DNA of 64,000 bases from Tubulanus polymorphus (lineage: Eukaryota; Animalia; Nemertea), in the NCBI RefSeq assembly GCF_964204645.1, contig NC_134025.1, positions 16,219,101-16,283,100 on the forward strand. Direction: 5' to 3'. Below, piece after piece: positions 1 to 11,575 of the stretch (the first letter of the stretch is position 1; every line of letters begins with the position of its first letter). The translations under genes and the position numbers were made by a program. Under the pieces are notes generated by a model. The model searched no databases. It was not told where the DNA came from and saw nothing but the letters and a program-made list of their open reading frames with translations.

Positions 1-1913
1 AGTGGTTAGAAAAATATATAGATTTCAATACTCAACAGAGAACAATATCAAAAACAGATTTTGAAAAAGATTTCTTCAAATTAATGAATAATAGTTTTTA
101 TGGTAAAACATGTGAAAATATTAGAAATAGAAATGATATTGAATTAGTAAATAATTCTGAACGATTGAGACATTTACAATCAAGTCCTAGACATTTAGGA
201 AATAAAAGATTTGAAGATTATTTAACAGCAGTTAAATTAAAAAGAACGTCAATGAAATTTAATAAACCTATATTCATTGGTTCAACTGATTTAGAAGTAT
301 CAAAATTATTAATGTATAATTTTAGTTATAATGTTTTACAACCACTTTTTGGGGAAAAGCATATTGAAATATTATATTTTGATTCTGTAACAGCTGACAC
401 CCCAATATTATTAAAATGTAATAATAATATATTAATTAGAAGAATTTCAGAAATAATTCCAAAACAAAATGAATGTTATATTTCGTATGGTGAAAAAGAA
501 TTAATACAAATAAATGAATTAATAGATGTTTGGACAAGAAATGGATGGAAAAAATTAAAGAATATTATTAGGCATAAAACAAATAAGAAAATCTATAGAG
601 TTAGAACTAAATTAGGGTTTGTAGATGTTACAGAAGATCATAGTTTAATTAAACGAAATGGTGATGAAATAAAACCAACTGATATAAAAATTGGAGATGA
701 ATTATTACATAAAAGATTTTTCCAAAGAATGAATCATATGTCATTTGATGAAATAATTAATAATATTTATAATATAGAACCCGAAACATTAGAAGAAAAA
801 GAATATTTTATCAAAGGATTTTTTATGGGAGATGGTTCAGCAGGTGTGTATAATTATGTTAGTGGAACTCAATATTGTTGGTATTTATGTAATCAAGATT
901 TGAAAGTATTAGAAAGAATTAAGAAATTCTGTGAAGAAGTTTATTCACATAAAACATTTAAAATCATAGATGTTATGAAATCATCGCAATGTTATAGAAT
1001 ACACATGAATAATACTAAAGACTAAAGATTTTGCTATGAAATATAACGATGAATTCTATATTCATGCAATAGTTAAAAGTAATACTTCAACTAAAGAAAA
1101 GATAGTTCCAGATTATGTATTAAATGCAAAATATAATTTAAGAAAATGGTTCTTCATTGGATTCTATGCTGCAGATGGCACTAAAAAATTTACAAAACAG
1201 AAAACTATATCTTTAAACCAAAAAGGAAAAGTTGCTATATCAGGATTGAATCTATTATGCAGTTCATTAGGTTTTGATATGAATATTGGATTGATTAAAT
1301 CTAAACCAAATTGCTTTAATTTAAGCCATGTAGAAAAAGAATTAACTGAAGATTAAAGGTTAAGATTTATTCGAAATATATAACCCAACAGACTATGTTT
1401 ATGATTTATCAACAGATGATGGAACATTCAATTCTGGATTCCCATTAATCCTCAAAAATACTGACGCGTACATACTAAAAATCAAGACAAATGACATAAC
1501 AAAAGACTTAAAAACATTAAAACTTCATTTTGATTTTAGCATTTATCCCAAAGATCATGAACTATTTAGCAATGATAATACAAAGATTCCTGGTAAGTTT
1601 AAAGATGAATTAGGGGGCGATGAAATGATTGAATTTGTTGGGATAAGAAGTAAAATGTATAGTTATAGAACAAAAGATCATGAAGCTAAAAAATTATAAG
1701 GAATAACAAAACATGTGGTTGATAAACAGATAGAATTTCAAGATTATATTAAGTGTTTATAACTCAATTGTAATGAAACACAAAATGAATTGTTTAAGAT
1801 CAGAAGATCATGAGAGGTACATTAATGAAGTTGAAAAAACTAGTTTGAATCCATTTGATGATAAAAGGTGTATTTCAGATGATGGTATAAAAACATTACC
1901 TTATGGTTATTAA
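1..1913 (+). pseudogene. polB: Protein-primed family B DNA polymerase (C-terminal part), intein-interrupted, with frameshifts and stops
   Basis: Motif B KLMNNSFYGKT. Catalytic motif is split as ILYFD(383) ... TDA(1460). Downstream are GKFKDE, EFVGIRSKMYSY and the C-terminal LNPFDDKRCISDDGIKTLPYGY* typical of Polinton pPolB. Premature stops occur near 1696 and 1759. Confidence 0.95.
384..1459 (+). mobile_element. Intein with LAGLIDADG homing endonuclease inside pPolB (pol-c site)
   Basis: Block A SVTADTPILL at 384; block B VDVTEDHSL at ~621; LAGLIDADG-like YFIKGFFMGDGS (~804) and WFFIGFYAADGT (~1147); block F YVYDLSTDDGTFNSG; block G LILKN followed by +1 Thr. Two frameshifts: a 7-nt duplication ACTAAAG at 1014-1027 and one near 1350-1363. 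Confidence 0.93.
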
Positions 1914-3231
1914 AATGGATCAATATCATCAAACTCGAAATCACTATTGGTTTCTTCTTTTTCATTTAATTGTTCTTGTATAATTTGTTTAGGTTCTTCC
2001 ATTTCATTTTTCTCATTTAAATAAAGTTCTATCTTGTACCACATTTCATCTCGCTCTCTTTGTTTCTTTTTGTTCGTTAATTCATCAAATGGAATTATAA
2101 TATCGATGTTTAAAAAATTTACAATCTTATTTAAAAAGAATTCATAATTAATTGAATCTGTTTTTCTATTGTCCACATGATATCTTAATATTTGTTTGAA
2201 TGTGTCTTTTATATTTTCCATATCTTCTTCTGTTAATTAAGGTTTTTTATAGTAATCGTTAAATAATAGATATAAATACATTTTCTTTTCTTCTGTGTTA
2301 AATGTTGATGGAATAATTGTTTTTATAATATCTTTTTTAGTTATTTCACCATCTTTATTTTCTATCATTTTCATTTATCAAGCCATTGCTATTCTGGTGT
2401 ATGATCTTCCATAGAAAATATCTTAAATATTTCATCTAGATATTTTAATTTTGGTTCTATAAGAATATCTCTAGTTTTTTCATTACCCCATAAATTTTTT
2501 TGCCATCCACATTCATTACAAAATATCACAGGACCTTCTTGTCTTATGTACTCATAAAAACATCGTGGGCATTTTTATCTATCATAGCTTGGTAATAGAT
2601 CTTCATTAAGCTCTTGGTATTTACTTAAGTTTTCTTTATGTTTTATTGTTCTATTATGTAGATTTGAATTACTTGTTGTAATAATCAATTTACAATATTT
2701 ACAATGATATGTTTTTCTTGCTAATTCATTATATTGTTTTTCTAACTTTTTAAGTGTTTCTTTATTATCTGGTAACGTTTTCTCATATTTTATTTTTTCT
2801 AAGAAACTATTTTTTCTTTCATTGAATTCAGTTTCAAATTCATTAGAAATTTTATCTATATGTACTTTACGAAATTGATGATTCTCCCAATCTTCTATAT
2901 TTTCAGGGCTATATTTTATTCGACAATGCTCACAGAAATGATCTTTTATATTATCCTTATCAAAGAATAAGAAAGGTCTTTTCCAAATAATTTCAGGTTC
3001 AACTTCAACAGAATTACTTTTACTTTCGTTACTATCAACATTAACCGTTGTGTCGTTAATTTTACACTTCTCTGAATGTTTTTTAACATAATTTCTTGAG
3101 AATAATTTATTACAATTTGGACAGTTTATTTTAGGGGGTTTATAATTTTCATCATGTTTTTTCATATGTCGAGCCATATTACTTTTTCTGAGAAGTTCAC
3201 CACAAATTTCACATCCTATCTTCTCATCCAT
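1910..3231 (-). pseudogene. Viral multi-zinc-finger protein, probably one degraded gene covering ORFs 2575-3231 and 1910-2221
   Basis: C2H2-like CEICG..HMKKH, CPNC, CEHC and CKYC..H..KH. Reading through the stop at 2575 gives KCPRC..CNEC. The 1910-2221 frame extends upstream to 2374 through one stop. Confidence 0.6.
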
Positions 3232-3300
3232 TTATTAAGGAAAAATTTTATTAAAATTAATTTGTAGTGATGATCGGTAATTTTTTTATGTTATAAATAA

Positions 3301-3696
3301 ATGGTAGAATTAAACGAATACAGAATATTTGTTGATTCTAGAAGACTTACAAATTATAAATCACATAGTTTACTAGTACAATTGGATAGAGAATTTAAGA
3401 ATTGTGTAGATTTAAAATTAGTAAATATAAGTTTATGTAACTCATTTTACAATATATCGAATAAAAGTCTAGAACATTTAATTTTTTCAATGTGTAATTC
3501 TAGTATATGAAATATTTTACCATTGAAGAATGTTAAACAATTTTGAACGCAAATAAATTATGATTTAGCTGAATGTGATTTTAAACCTTGTATTCCACAT
3601 TTCAATAATTTCAAATAAGAAGTAAGAAATCATAATGGTTATTTAATTGATTTGAATAACTTTCCTGTAATTTATGAATTAGTTTATAAGATGTAG
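3301..3696 (+). pseudogene. Candidate minor capsid (penton-like single jelly-roll) protein, internally degraded
   Basis: N-terminal IFVDSRR..LLVQLDREFKNCVDLKLVNISLCNSFYNI and C-terminal EVRNHNGYLIDLNNFPVIYEL resemble Polinton/NCLDV minor capsid ends; in-frame stops lie between them. Confidence 0.55.
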
Positions 3697-3717
3697 AGTA
3701 ATTTTTTTGATATATAA

Positions 3718-4050
3718 ATGAATATAACTGTTGGACCGAGCATATGTTTTGGATTTGATTTTAAACGTGAGAAAGAAATGAAATTTAACATTACTGATGT
3801 AATTACACATATCAAAAATATTGCATTTTCTAATGAAGCAACACTTGAGTATGAAAAAACAATATACAAAGAAACTTTAAATGTAGAAAAGATTACTAAT
3901 TTAATTAGAGAATCTTTAAGATTTTATGAATTAGATGAAGATTTTATCATCGATGATATTAAAAAAATAATAATTGAAATATATACAAATGAAACTAGTA
4001 ATGAAATAAATGTTGAAATAATCATCACTAAGATAACTAAATATTTTTAA
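3718..4050 (+). CDS. Viral hypothetical protein (110 aa)
   Basis: Intact ORF preceded by T-run + TAAATG like neighbouring viral genes. Confidence 0.6.
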   Translation: MNITVGPSICFGFDFKREKEMKFNITDVITHIKNIAFSNEATLEYEKTIYKETLNVEKITNLIRESLRFYELDEDFIIDDIKKIIIEIYTNETSNEINVEIIITKITKYF

Positions 4051-4074
4051 GATAGTAATTTTTTTGATTAATAA

Positions 4075-4292
4075 ATGAGTGATAATAAGTGGATAATAAC
4101 TGGATTATATAATGGTGCCTTACTATCAGTTGGAACTGTTGGTTATTCAATGGTATCAAAAAAAAGTATTCAAAATGTGTTAATGTTGATAGATTTGATA
4201 TAAATGATATTTTAAAATTAACATTAGCAGTTACTTTATCTAATTTAGCTATTGATCATTTGGAAAAACAAAAATATATGCCTCCTATATAA
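4075..4292 (+). pseudogene. Small viral hydrophobic protein, frameshifted (absent from the ORF track)
   Basis: TAAATG start. MSDNKWIITGLYNGALLSVGTVGYSMVSKK continues after a frameshift as DRFDINDILKLTLAVTLSNLAIDHLEKQKYMPPI*. Confidence 0.55.
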
Positions 4293-4316
4293 ATGCATAA
4301 TATTTTTGTTAAATAA

Positions 4317-4719
4317 ATGGCTTCTGCAATTATAACTATTATAGGATCGGCAATTGTTAACGCTTTAGCATTTACTGGTGGTGGTTATTTATTTAAGCAT
4401 ATTGATAAAAATGGTTCATTATTAGAACTAAAAAGACATAACATAGCGTTAGAAAAATATAATAAAGCAGCAGAAGAATATAGAGATAAGAGGCAAAATT
4501 ATATGGATTATATTAACATGGAATTATATGATCAGAAGATTTCACATAGAGATTTTCAATCAGTTGATGATGCAATGAGTTTATATAACATTACATCTAT
4601 ACAAACCTAAATTATCAGATTATTATACCCCAAGTAAAGAACAACAGAAATATGAAATAATTTGGATTTTAGATGGAACAGTTATTGTTATATTTGTAGC
4701 ATATAAATTAACTAATTAG
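4317..4719 (+). pseudogene. Viral membrane protein (hydrophobic N-terminus, coiled coil, C-terminal TM), frameshifted near 4605
   Basis: MASAIITIIGSAIVNALAFTGGGYLF...KRHNIALEKY continues in another frame as PKLSDYYTPSKEQQKYEIIWILDGTVIVIFVAYKLTN*. Confidence 0.6.
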
Positions 4720-4738
4720 TAATTTTTTTGCTAAATAA

Positions 4739-5502
4739 ATGGATGATAAAGGTGATAATATTGATATTATTCCTCATGATATAAATAAAACTAAATTAAA
4801 AATATATTTAGAAAAACAAATATTAGAATATGAAAGTGACTTAACCCTTTCAGTGCGTCTACACCGCAGTGCAGTGTACGAATCAGTGATGGATTTTGCT
4901 AGTACACCGCACTGCGGTGTATTGATTTAATTAGTAATTACTAATTATCTCTCTTGAAAGATGGCAGCACCTGTCAAACATAGTGAAATATTAGTAACTA
5001 ACGATATACCGCGCCAGGGTGTAGACACACTATAGTGCTATTCCCGTTATTCAACACACTAGGGTGGAATTTTTCAGAATTTTCAAATTATCTTCAGCAC
5101 TAAAGGGTATTAATTAGCCAGCACTGAAAGGGTTAAAGATAAAAAAGAAAATGTATATATATATATAAATAATATATAAAAATATATATTATTAAAATAT
5201 ATATAAATATATGTTATTTTATTATTAGTGGTTCGGTTACAATTAGTTCTGTTATAACATTTCTAGCAATATTCAGTCCATTAACACCTTTAGCTATATC
5301 AATTGGCGTGCTAGGATTATCATCAAGTGTTTTAACTGGTATAAGTTCAAAATTAGATATAAAAAGTAATAAAGAAAAAATTAAAACTAATATAAAAGAA
5401 ATTAATAAATTAAAAAATACACTAGATTATATAATAAGTTTAAATGGTAATATAACAGTTGAAGAACAAGATAAATTATTAAAAGAATTAGTTAATTATT
5501 AA
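4739..5502 (+). pseudogene. Viral membrane protein interrupted by a host MITE
   Basis: ORF 4739 switches to MITE sequence after ...EYESDL. After the MITE a hydrophobic stretch IISGSVTISSVITFLAIFSPLTPLAISIGVLGL runs into ORF 5308-5502. Confidence 0.6.
4845..5132. mobile_element. piggyBac-type MITE (288 bp) inserted in a viral gene
   Basis: TTAA at 4841-4844 and 5133-5136; TIR CCCTTTCAGTGC. Related copies at ~35823-35907 (partial, inverted) and ~49087-50163. Confidence 0.9.
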
Positions 5503-5518
5503 TTTTTTTATTATATAA

Positions 5519-6821
5519 ATGGTAGATAGTTTTCCAAAAGCTTTTCAATATAATAAATCAATTAAATATAATATTCCTGCAATAGATTTTAATAAAGATA
5601 TTTCATATAGAAATGAAGTTTTAAATTCATTAATTAATTTAGAAATTTATGTTACTGAAACTAATAATTTCAATGTTAATGTGGAAAATATATTTCATGT
5701 GTATAATATTAATTTTAAAAATTTAAATGAGGCAAAACAATGGTTATTAAAATCTAATATGAAGTATTGGCAGAACCAATTAAATTTTGCTGTTTATTGC
5801 GCAACAACAGGGTGTGGTATAAGTTGGAATGATCATTTAAACAAACCAAGTTTACCACTGATGTTATCACTTTTTAGATTTTATACATATTTTCAAATAA
5901 AATTAATATTGAATGAATTAGAATGTCATTTACCAGGTTCAAAATATTTTAATGAACTAAATAATAATATTAATCTTTCTAAGTTTTATAAAATATATTA
6001 TGAATTTAATATTAATTCAAATAATGATTTTAGAGCAAAAATTGGTACAATGGGTGGATTAGGAATATTATATACTTAAGAATTTGGAAAAATAATAACA
6101 AATTCAGATATAGAGAACACTAAATTGGAATGAATTACCAAAATATTATAATAATATACAACAACAAAACAATAATGGTTGGATTAATTTTATTTTAGAA
6201 AATAGTGAAGGTTTTACAAAATCAGGCATACAAAGAATAAATCAATCTATTAGAACTTATTTGATATGTATTCTAGGTGCGCAAGTTGAAACAAGATCCC
6301 CAATAGTTGGAAATGATAACACTTCATTTGATGCGCAGAAACAATTCAAAGTATTATTTGAAGATTCAATTCATAATGATAAAAATAGATCGATTCCAGA
6401 AAACATTGTAAGATATCAAAATTATTTAGATAAATCACATATTAGATTAAATTATTGTTTAGGCCCTAATCTATTAATTATTTCTAATGATTTAGTATTA
6501 AAGATGGGAAATATAATTGGTTATAATAATCTAATTAAAACTGCAACAAAAAATAATTCATTTGGATTAAATGATATAAATAAAAAGATTATTACTGCTC
6601 CAAAATTAATGGAAGGTGAAAAAAATAAAAAACATATTCAATCAACAGAAACTAAAACTAAGAATATTAAATTAAATAATGATTCTAAAACAAAAGATTA
6701 TAATACTTCACACGGTGAAATAATTAAACTTAATGATGATAATAAATCCCATGAAAATGCTAAATTAGCTATAACTTGTATAGGAATTGTTATAGGAGGA
6801 ATATTATATATTAAATCTTAA
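5519..6821 (+). pseudogene. Viral protein of unknown function with C-terminal TM, disrupted near 6077-6135
   Basis: ORFs 5519-6079 (WQNQLNFAVYCATTGCGISW) and 6261-6821 are joined by coding-like sequence; hydrophobic C-terminus LAITCIGIVIGGILYI; TAAATG start. Confidence 0.6.
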
Positions 6822-6837
6822 CTTTTTTATTATATAA

Positions 6838-8259
6838 ATGGATGTAAAAGGTGGAGAAGATATTGGAATGGATACTTTTGATGAACCCGGTATAACTGAA
6901 GAACCGCCTAATTTTAATGAAACAAGTTTGAGTAACGATAATGAAACAGCACATAATTCTAATTTAGCAAGACCTGATACTTTTGAATATGTTAATAAAG
7001 CACGTTCAAGATTGGATATTGAAAATGAAAATCCAGGTTTATTAAAAAAAGAATTAGAATATGAAGAATTAACTGATAAATTTAAACCAATATTAAAAAA
7101 ATCTGGTTTCAATATAACTAATAAAGGTATGAATTATTTAGTAAAAGATTTGAAATATTTAAATGGTGATTATTATTGGCATTTGAAAGATGATTATTAT
7201 TTTAAGATATCTTCCAATAAAAGTCTCGATAAAATAATAACAAAACCAACTTTAATTAAATTAGAACAATCTAGAATTAAGAAAATCATTAATGATGTTA
7301 TAACTGATGTTACAGAAGAAGAGATAACTCTAAATAGAATAGAATTTAAACGAAGAAATGATGATTTTTTAAAGATAATTAATGAAAATTTAGAACCAGA
7401 AACAATTCCTAAAGAAGTTATTAATTCCAAAACTAGTAAACTTAAATCAACCGAAGTTCAAACTGAAAAACATTTACAAAATGGGTTACTTGATGCAACA
7501 GATCAAGAATTAGAAGATTTAAATATATTTTCTGATGAAGCAATTAGAGAAATTATTAGTATAAGAAATGAAGCTGATAAAATTGCACATAATAAAAGTA
7601 TATGAGATATTAAAATTAGATTTTTAGAAAAAGAATTAACTAATGTAAATGAAGAAATAGAACAACTAAAGTCTGATTTAGATCATCAAGTAATTGATGA
7701 AATAGAATATAGGAAAAAAGAATTACGTTTAGAAAAAGAAATTGATAATTTAAAAGATAATTTAGAAGTACAGAAAGAAGAAATTAAATTATTATTAAAA
7801 TCATATGATTATAATATTAATAGATTAAAAGTTATTTTTAAAGATTTGTTGATAAAACCAAATTCTGAAATATTAAAAAATATAATAAAATTATTATTTA
7901 AATTAAAAGGTATAACAATTCTTTCAATTCTAACAGCTATAACTATGATATTTACAACAATAGGTTTAGCTATATCAAATTCATTAAAATCTACTCCTAC
8001 TCCAAATAAACCCCCGAATGATAATAATTCTATACAAGATAAAGTTAAGGATGGTTTAAAAAAATTAGCAGAATATTTATGGGAACTATCTAAAAAATCT
8101 GCTGCAGCATTACCCGGAGTAATTGCATCAATTGTTGGTTTTATATTGTAATCTGCAGGAAACATTATTAACTTTGCTGCTGAACATATAATCTTATTTT
8201 TAATTACAGTTGTAAGTGCTATAATTTTTGGGTTAGTGAATATGATAAAAAATAAATAA
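6838..8259 (+). pseudogene. Viral coiled-coil protein with C-terminal TM segments, in-frame stops at 7603 and 8149
   Basis: ORFs 6838-7605 and 7846-8151 share a frame that continues to TAA 8257-8259; hydrophobic segments GITILSILTAITMIFTTIGLAI and ALPGVIASIVGFIL. Confidence 0.65.
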
Positions 8260-8279
8260 TTAATTTTTTTGTTAAATAA

Positions 8280-9487
8280 ATGAGTTATATAAGTCCTTCT
8301 AAGAATCATAGAATATCTAATGCTATTAAAGCAGAAAGATCACATCATATAATTACTCATAATCCTTCAAATATTAATCCTGATGAAACTTTATATGTTA
8401 GAATCCCTAGATTAACACAAAGTACTTTTTATGTTCCAAATAGTATTTATTTATCAGCCGATATAAAAGTAACTGGTGATAATAATAATTATGTTGTTGA
8501 TAATGTTGGAAGATATTTGATTAAAAAATTAACTATAAAGATTGGTCCAGAAACAGTTTTCTCATTAGATGATTATAATTTATTTATGCATTATAAAGAT
8601 TTATGGTTAACTAAAGAAAATAGAAATAATATGATACTTCAAGGCATCCAATCAGAGAACCAAAATAAATTAAGATCTGAAGCCAATAATGCAGTAGTAG
8701 CTAATGACGTAGATAGTTTGATAAAAAGAATTTATGGATGCAAATATAAAATTCCATTAGATTTTGAATTGATAAATAATAATGCACCTTTATATAAATA
8801 TGCAATTCAAGAAGATGTTATATTCGAAATAACATTTGCTCCTGTAAATGAAATTGTATTATCTAGCGTTGTTAAAGATATGGGTTATAAATTATCAAAA
8901 ATATGTTTAGTATATGATACAGTAACTGATGAAAATATTGCTAACACAATTCAAACTCGATACAATCAAGGATTTACATCATTATATGATTATATTGATA
9001 AATAATTGATAAGAATATTAACTTCCCAAGAAGATCTATTAAAGGTATATTAATATTTTTCACAATTGCAACATATTCTAATGGTGCAATACAGGTTGAT
9101 AAGTATTATAATCCTGAAATAACAAAAGTAGAAATAACTATCGAAGGAATAGCAAATAAAATATTTTGTCAAGGAATGAGAATGATAGATCAATGGCCAG
9201 AAATTAAAAAACATTTTATGAATGAAAAAGTAAAATCATCTGAAAATTGTAATATTAATCAAATTGATTATTATACCGGCAATAAATATGCACTATGGTT
9301 AGATTTTAGAACAACAGAGAGTAATTCATTACATGGTTCTGGAAAAAAATTACAAAATACAAAAGATGGATTACAATTATTCATGAAAAAGAAAAAAGGA
9401 ATCAAAAATTTCAAAATGCATATTTATATTATATCTGACGCGCAATTAAATATCATGAATTCTCAATTAAAAAGTATTCAATATTAG
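8280..9487 (+). pseudogene. Probable major capsid protein (double jelly-roll), disrupted near 9005
   Basis: Beta-rich pattern (TLYVRIPRL, IYLSADIKV, LIKKLTIKIG, VIFEITFAP, ITKVEITIEG, YALWLDFRT, MHIYIISDAQ), about 400 codons, adjacent to integrase and ATPase. Confidence 0.65.
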
Positions 9488-9613
9488 AAATATTATGAAT
9501 TCTCAATTAGAAAGTATTCAATATTAGAAATATTATCAATTCTCAATTTGAAAGTATTCAATATTAGAAATATTATGAATTCTCAATTAGAAAGTATTCA
9601 ATATTAGAAATAT
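9451..9613 (+). repeat. 40-bp tandem repeat, 4 copies, spanning the capsid gene stop codon
   Basis: Unit TATTATGAATTCTCAATTAGAAAGTATTCAATATTAGAAA at 9451, 9491, 9531 and 9571. Confidence 0.95.
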
Positions 9614-9637
9614 AAAGTTAAAATTAACGATATATAA

Positions 9638-10763
9638 ATGGGTGGTAAAAAAACTCCTAATACTAAAGAACAATATTTAAGAAATCTATATTACAACCCT
9701 GAGAGTTCGGTTGCTTATTCTTCTGTAAAAAATATATGGCGCCAAGTAAAACAAGATAAATTAGATAAGATAATCCCACAAAATTTAGTTAAATATAAAG
9801 ATGTAAATGAATTTATGTTAGAACAGCCAACATATACAACGCATAAAACAATTGTTAGAAAATATAAAACTCGTAAAACTATCGTAAGTTATGTAGATCA
9901 ACAGTGGCAAGGAGATTTAATTGATATGAAAAATGTTAAGAGAGATAATGATGATTATTGGTGGATATTGAATATGATTGATATTTTTAGTCGTTATGTA
10001 TGGAGCTTCTCACTTTATAGAAAAGATGCTGTACAAACATCAAATGTTTTAAGAAAATTTCTTTCGGATGATAAACTAAAACCAGAAAAAATACTATTTG
10101 ATGATGGAAAAGAATTTGATAATTCACTTGTTCATGAACTCTTAGATAATCATAATATTAAATATTTTTAAACAAAATCGGATAAAAAAGCAGCAGTTGT
10201 TGAACGATTTAATAGAACATTAAGAACAAGAATGTGGAAATATTTTACAGCAAATAATACTTTTAAATGGATTGATGTTTTACCAAAATTGATAGAAGGT
10301 TATAATAATTCTTATCATTCTTCTATTGGAATGAAACCTATTGATGCTAGAAAACCAGAAAATGCTGAAATTGTTTGGAATAACTTGTATGGGGTATTTC
10401 TTGTAGATGATTTTGGTGAACCTAAATTTAAAGATGGTCAAAATGTTAGTTTCTAAGTATAAAAAGATATTTGACAAAGGATACGATCGAAATTTTACTA
10501 GGGAAATATATAAAATAAAAAAGGTAATAACAACAAAACCATATGTCTATAAATTAGAAGATTTAGATGGTGAAGAAGTTGATGGGTATTTTTATGAAGA
10601 AGAATTGAGTTTAACTACTGAAAATCTAGAACAAGAATATAAAATTGAAAAAGTATTAAAAACAAAAACTGTTAAAAGAAAAAAATATTCTTTAGTAAAA
10701 TGGGTTGGACGGCTAGATAAATTTAATGAATGGATATTATCAAGTAAAATTAAAAATATTTAA
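9638..10763 (+). pseudogene. Retroviral-like (rve) integrase with C-terminal chromodomain
   Basis: DDE residues in QWQGDLIDM, LFDDGKEF and VVERFNRTLR; YNNSYHSSIGMKP; chromodomain YKIEKVL..LVKWVG..FNEWI. Stop at 10169 and frameshift near 10445. Confidence 0.92.
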
Positions 10764-11368
10764 ATGAATAAGGAATTATTTATATTTGAACCTCATAATA
10801 TGTTAATTTCTGGCGTAACAAATTGCGGAAAAACTTATTTTATATTAAATTTATTAGAAACTATTTATAAAAACTATTTTGATAATATAGTATTATTTTG
10901 TCCAACATATGAATTTAATCAAACTTATGATGGAAATATTACTAGAAATAATAAATTTATTATATTAGATTCTAAAACAATTTAAGAAAATTTAGATAAT
11001 TGTATTAAAATAGCAATTGATATTTATAAAGCATCAAATACATTATTCATTATAGACGATTGTGCAAATTTACATGATTCAAAAGTGAGAGAAAGTGATG
11101 TTATTTAGCTTTCTCTGAGAGACATTTTGGGATAACAACTTGGGTTTTAAATCAAAAATATAATTCAATTGTTAAAGACTTTAGGGAGAATATAAGATTT
11201 TTAGTTTTATTCTACAACAAAGATAGAAAATCGATGAAAAATGCACTTGAGGAAAATAATATTATTCCACATGATTTACATAATGAATATATGGATAAAT
11301 TGAAAAATAATAAAAGATCAAAATTACTATTTAGATTACAACACCCATTTAAATATGAATTTATTTAA
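10764..11368 (+). pseudogene. FtsK/HerA-type (A32-like) genome packaging ATPase
   Basis: Walker A MLISGVTNCGKT; Walker B LFIIDDCA (~11043); downstream RHFGITTWVLNQKY. Stop at 10983 and frameshift near 11100. Confidence 0.85.
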
Positions 11369-11369
11369 A

Positions 11370-11546
11370 TTCAACTGGTTTGTTAATCTAGTTAAATTCT
11401 AGTTACATTCTAGTTGAAATCTAGTTATTGGTAGTTGGAACAAAAATCAACTAGATTTAACAAGAAATAAATACAAACAACAATATTTCAACTAGCTTGT
11501 TAATTTAGTTGAATTCTAGTTACATTCTAGTTGAATTCTAGTTGCA
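11370..11546. repeat. Intergenic array of ~11-bp TTCTAGTT repeats in two duplicated blocks
   Basis: TCAACTGGTTTGTTAATCTAGTTAAATTCTAGTTACATTCTAGTTGAAATCTAGTT recurs from ~11488 as TCAACTAGCTTGTTAATTTAGTTGAATTCTAGTTACATTCTAGTTGAATTCTAGTT. Confidence 0.85.
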
Positions 11547-11575
11547 ACAACACAACTAATTTGTTTGTTATATAA

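Noticed and set aside
1020-1380. Naturally split intein or self-splicing intron
   Set aside because: Breaks are explained by a 7-nt duplication and a small indel; no separate TAAATG start or intron structure is present.
2372-2377. Additional minus-strand TAAATG gene start
   Set aside because: No upstream T-run, and it may have arisen from a 1-nt deletion within a longer gene; not counted.
6804-8309. Minus-strand ORFs overlapping viral genes
   Set aside because: Antisense shadows of plus-strand coding sequence with no motif or promoter support.
9451-9613. CRISPR-like array
   Set aside because: Units are directly adjacent with no unique spacers, there are no cas genes, and the context is eukaryotic/viral.
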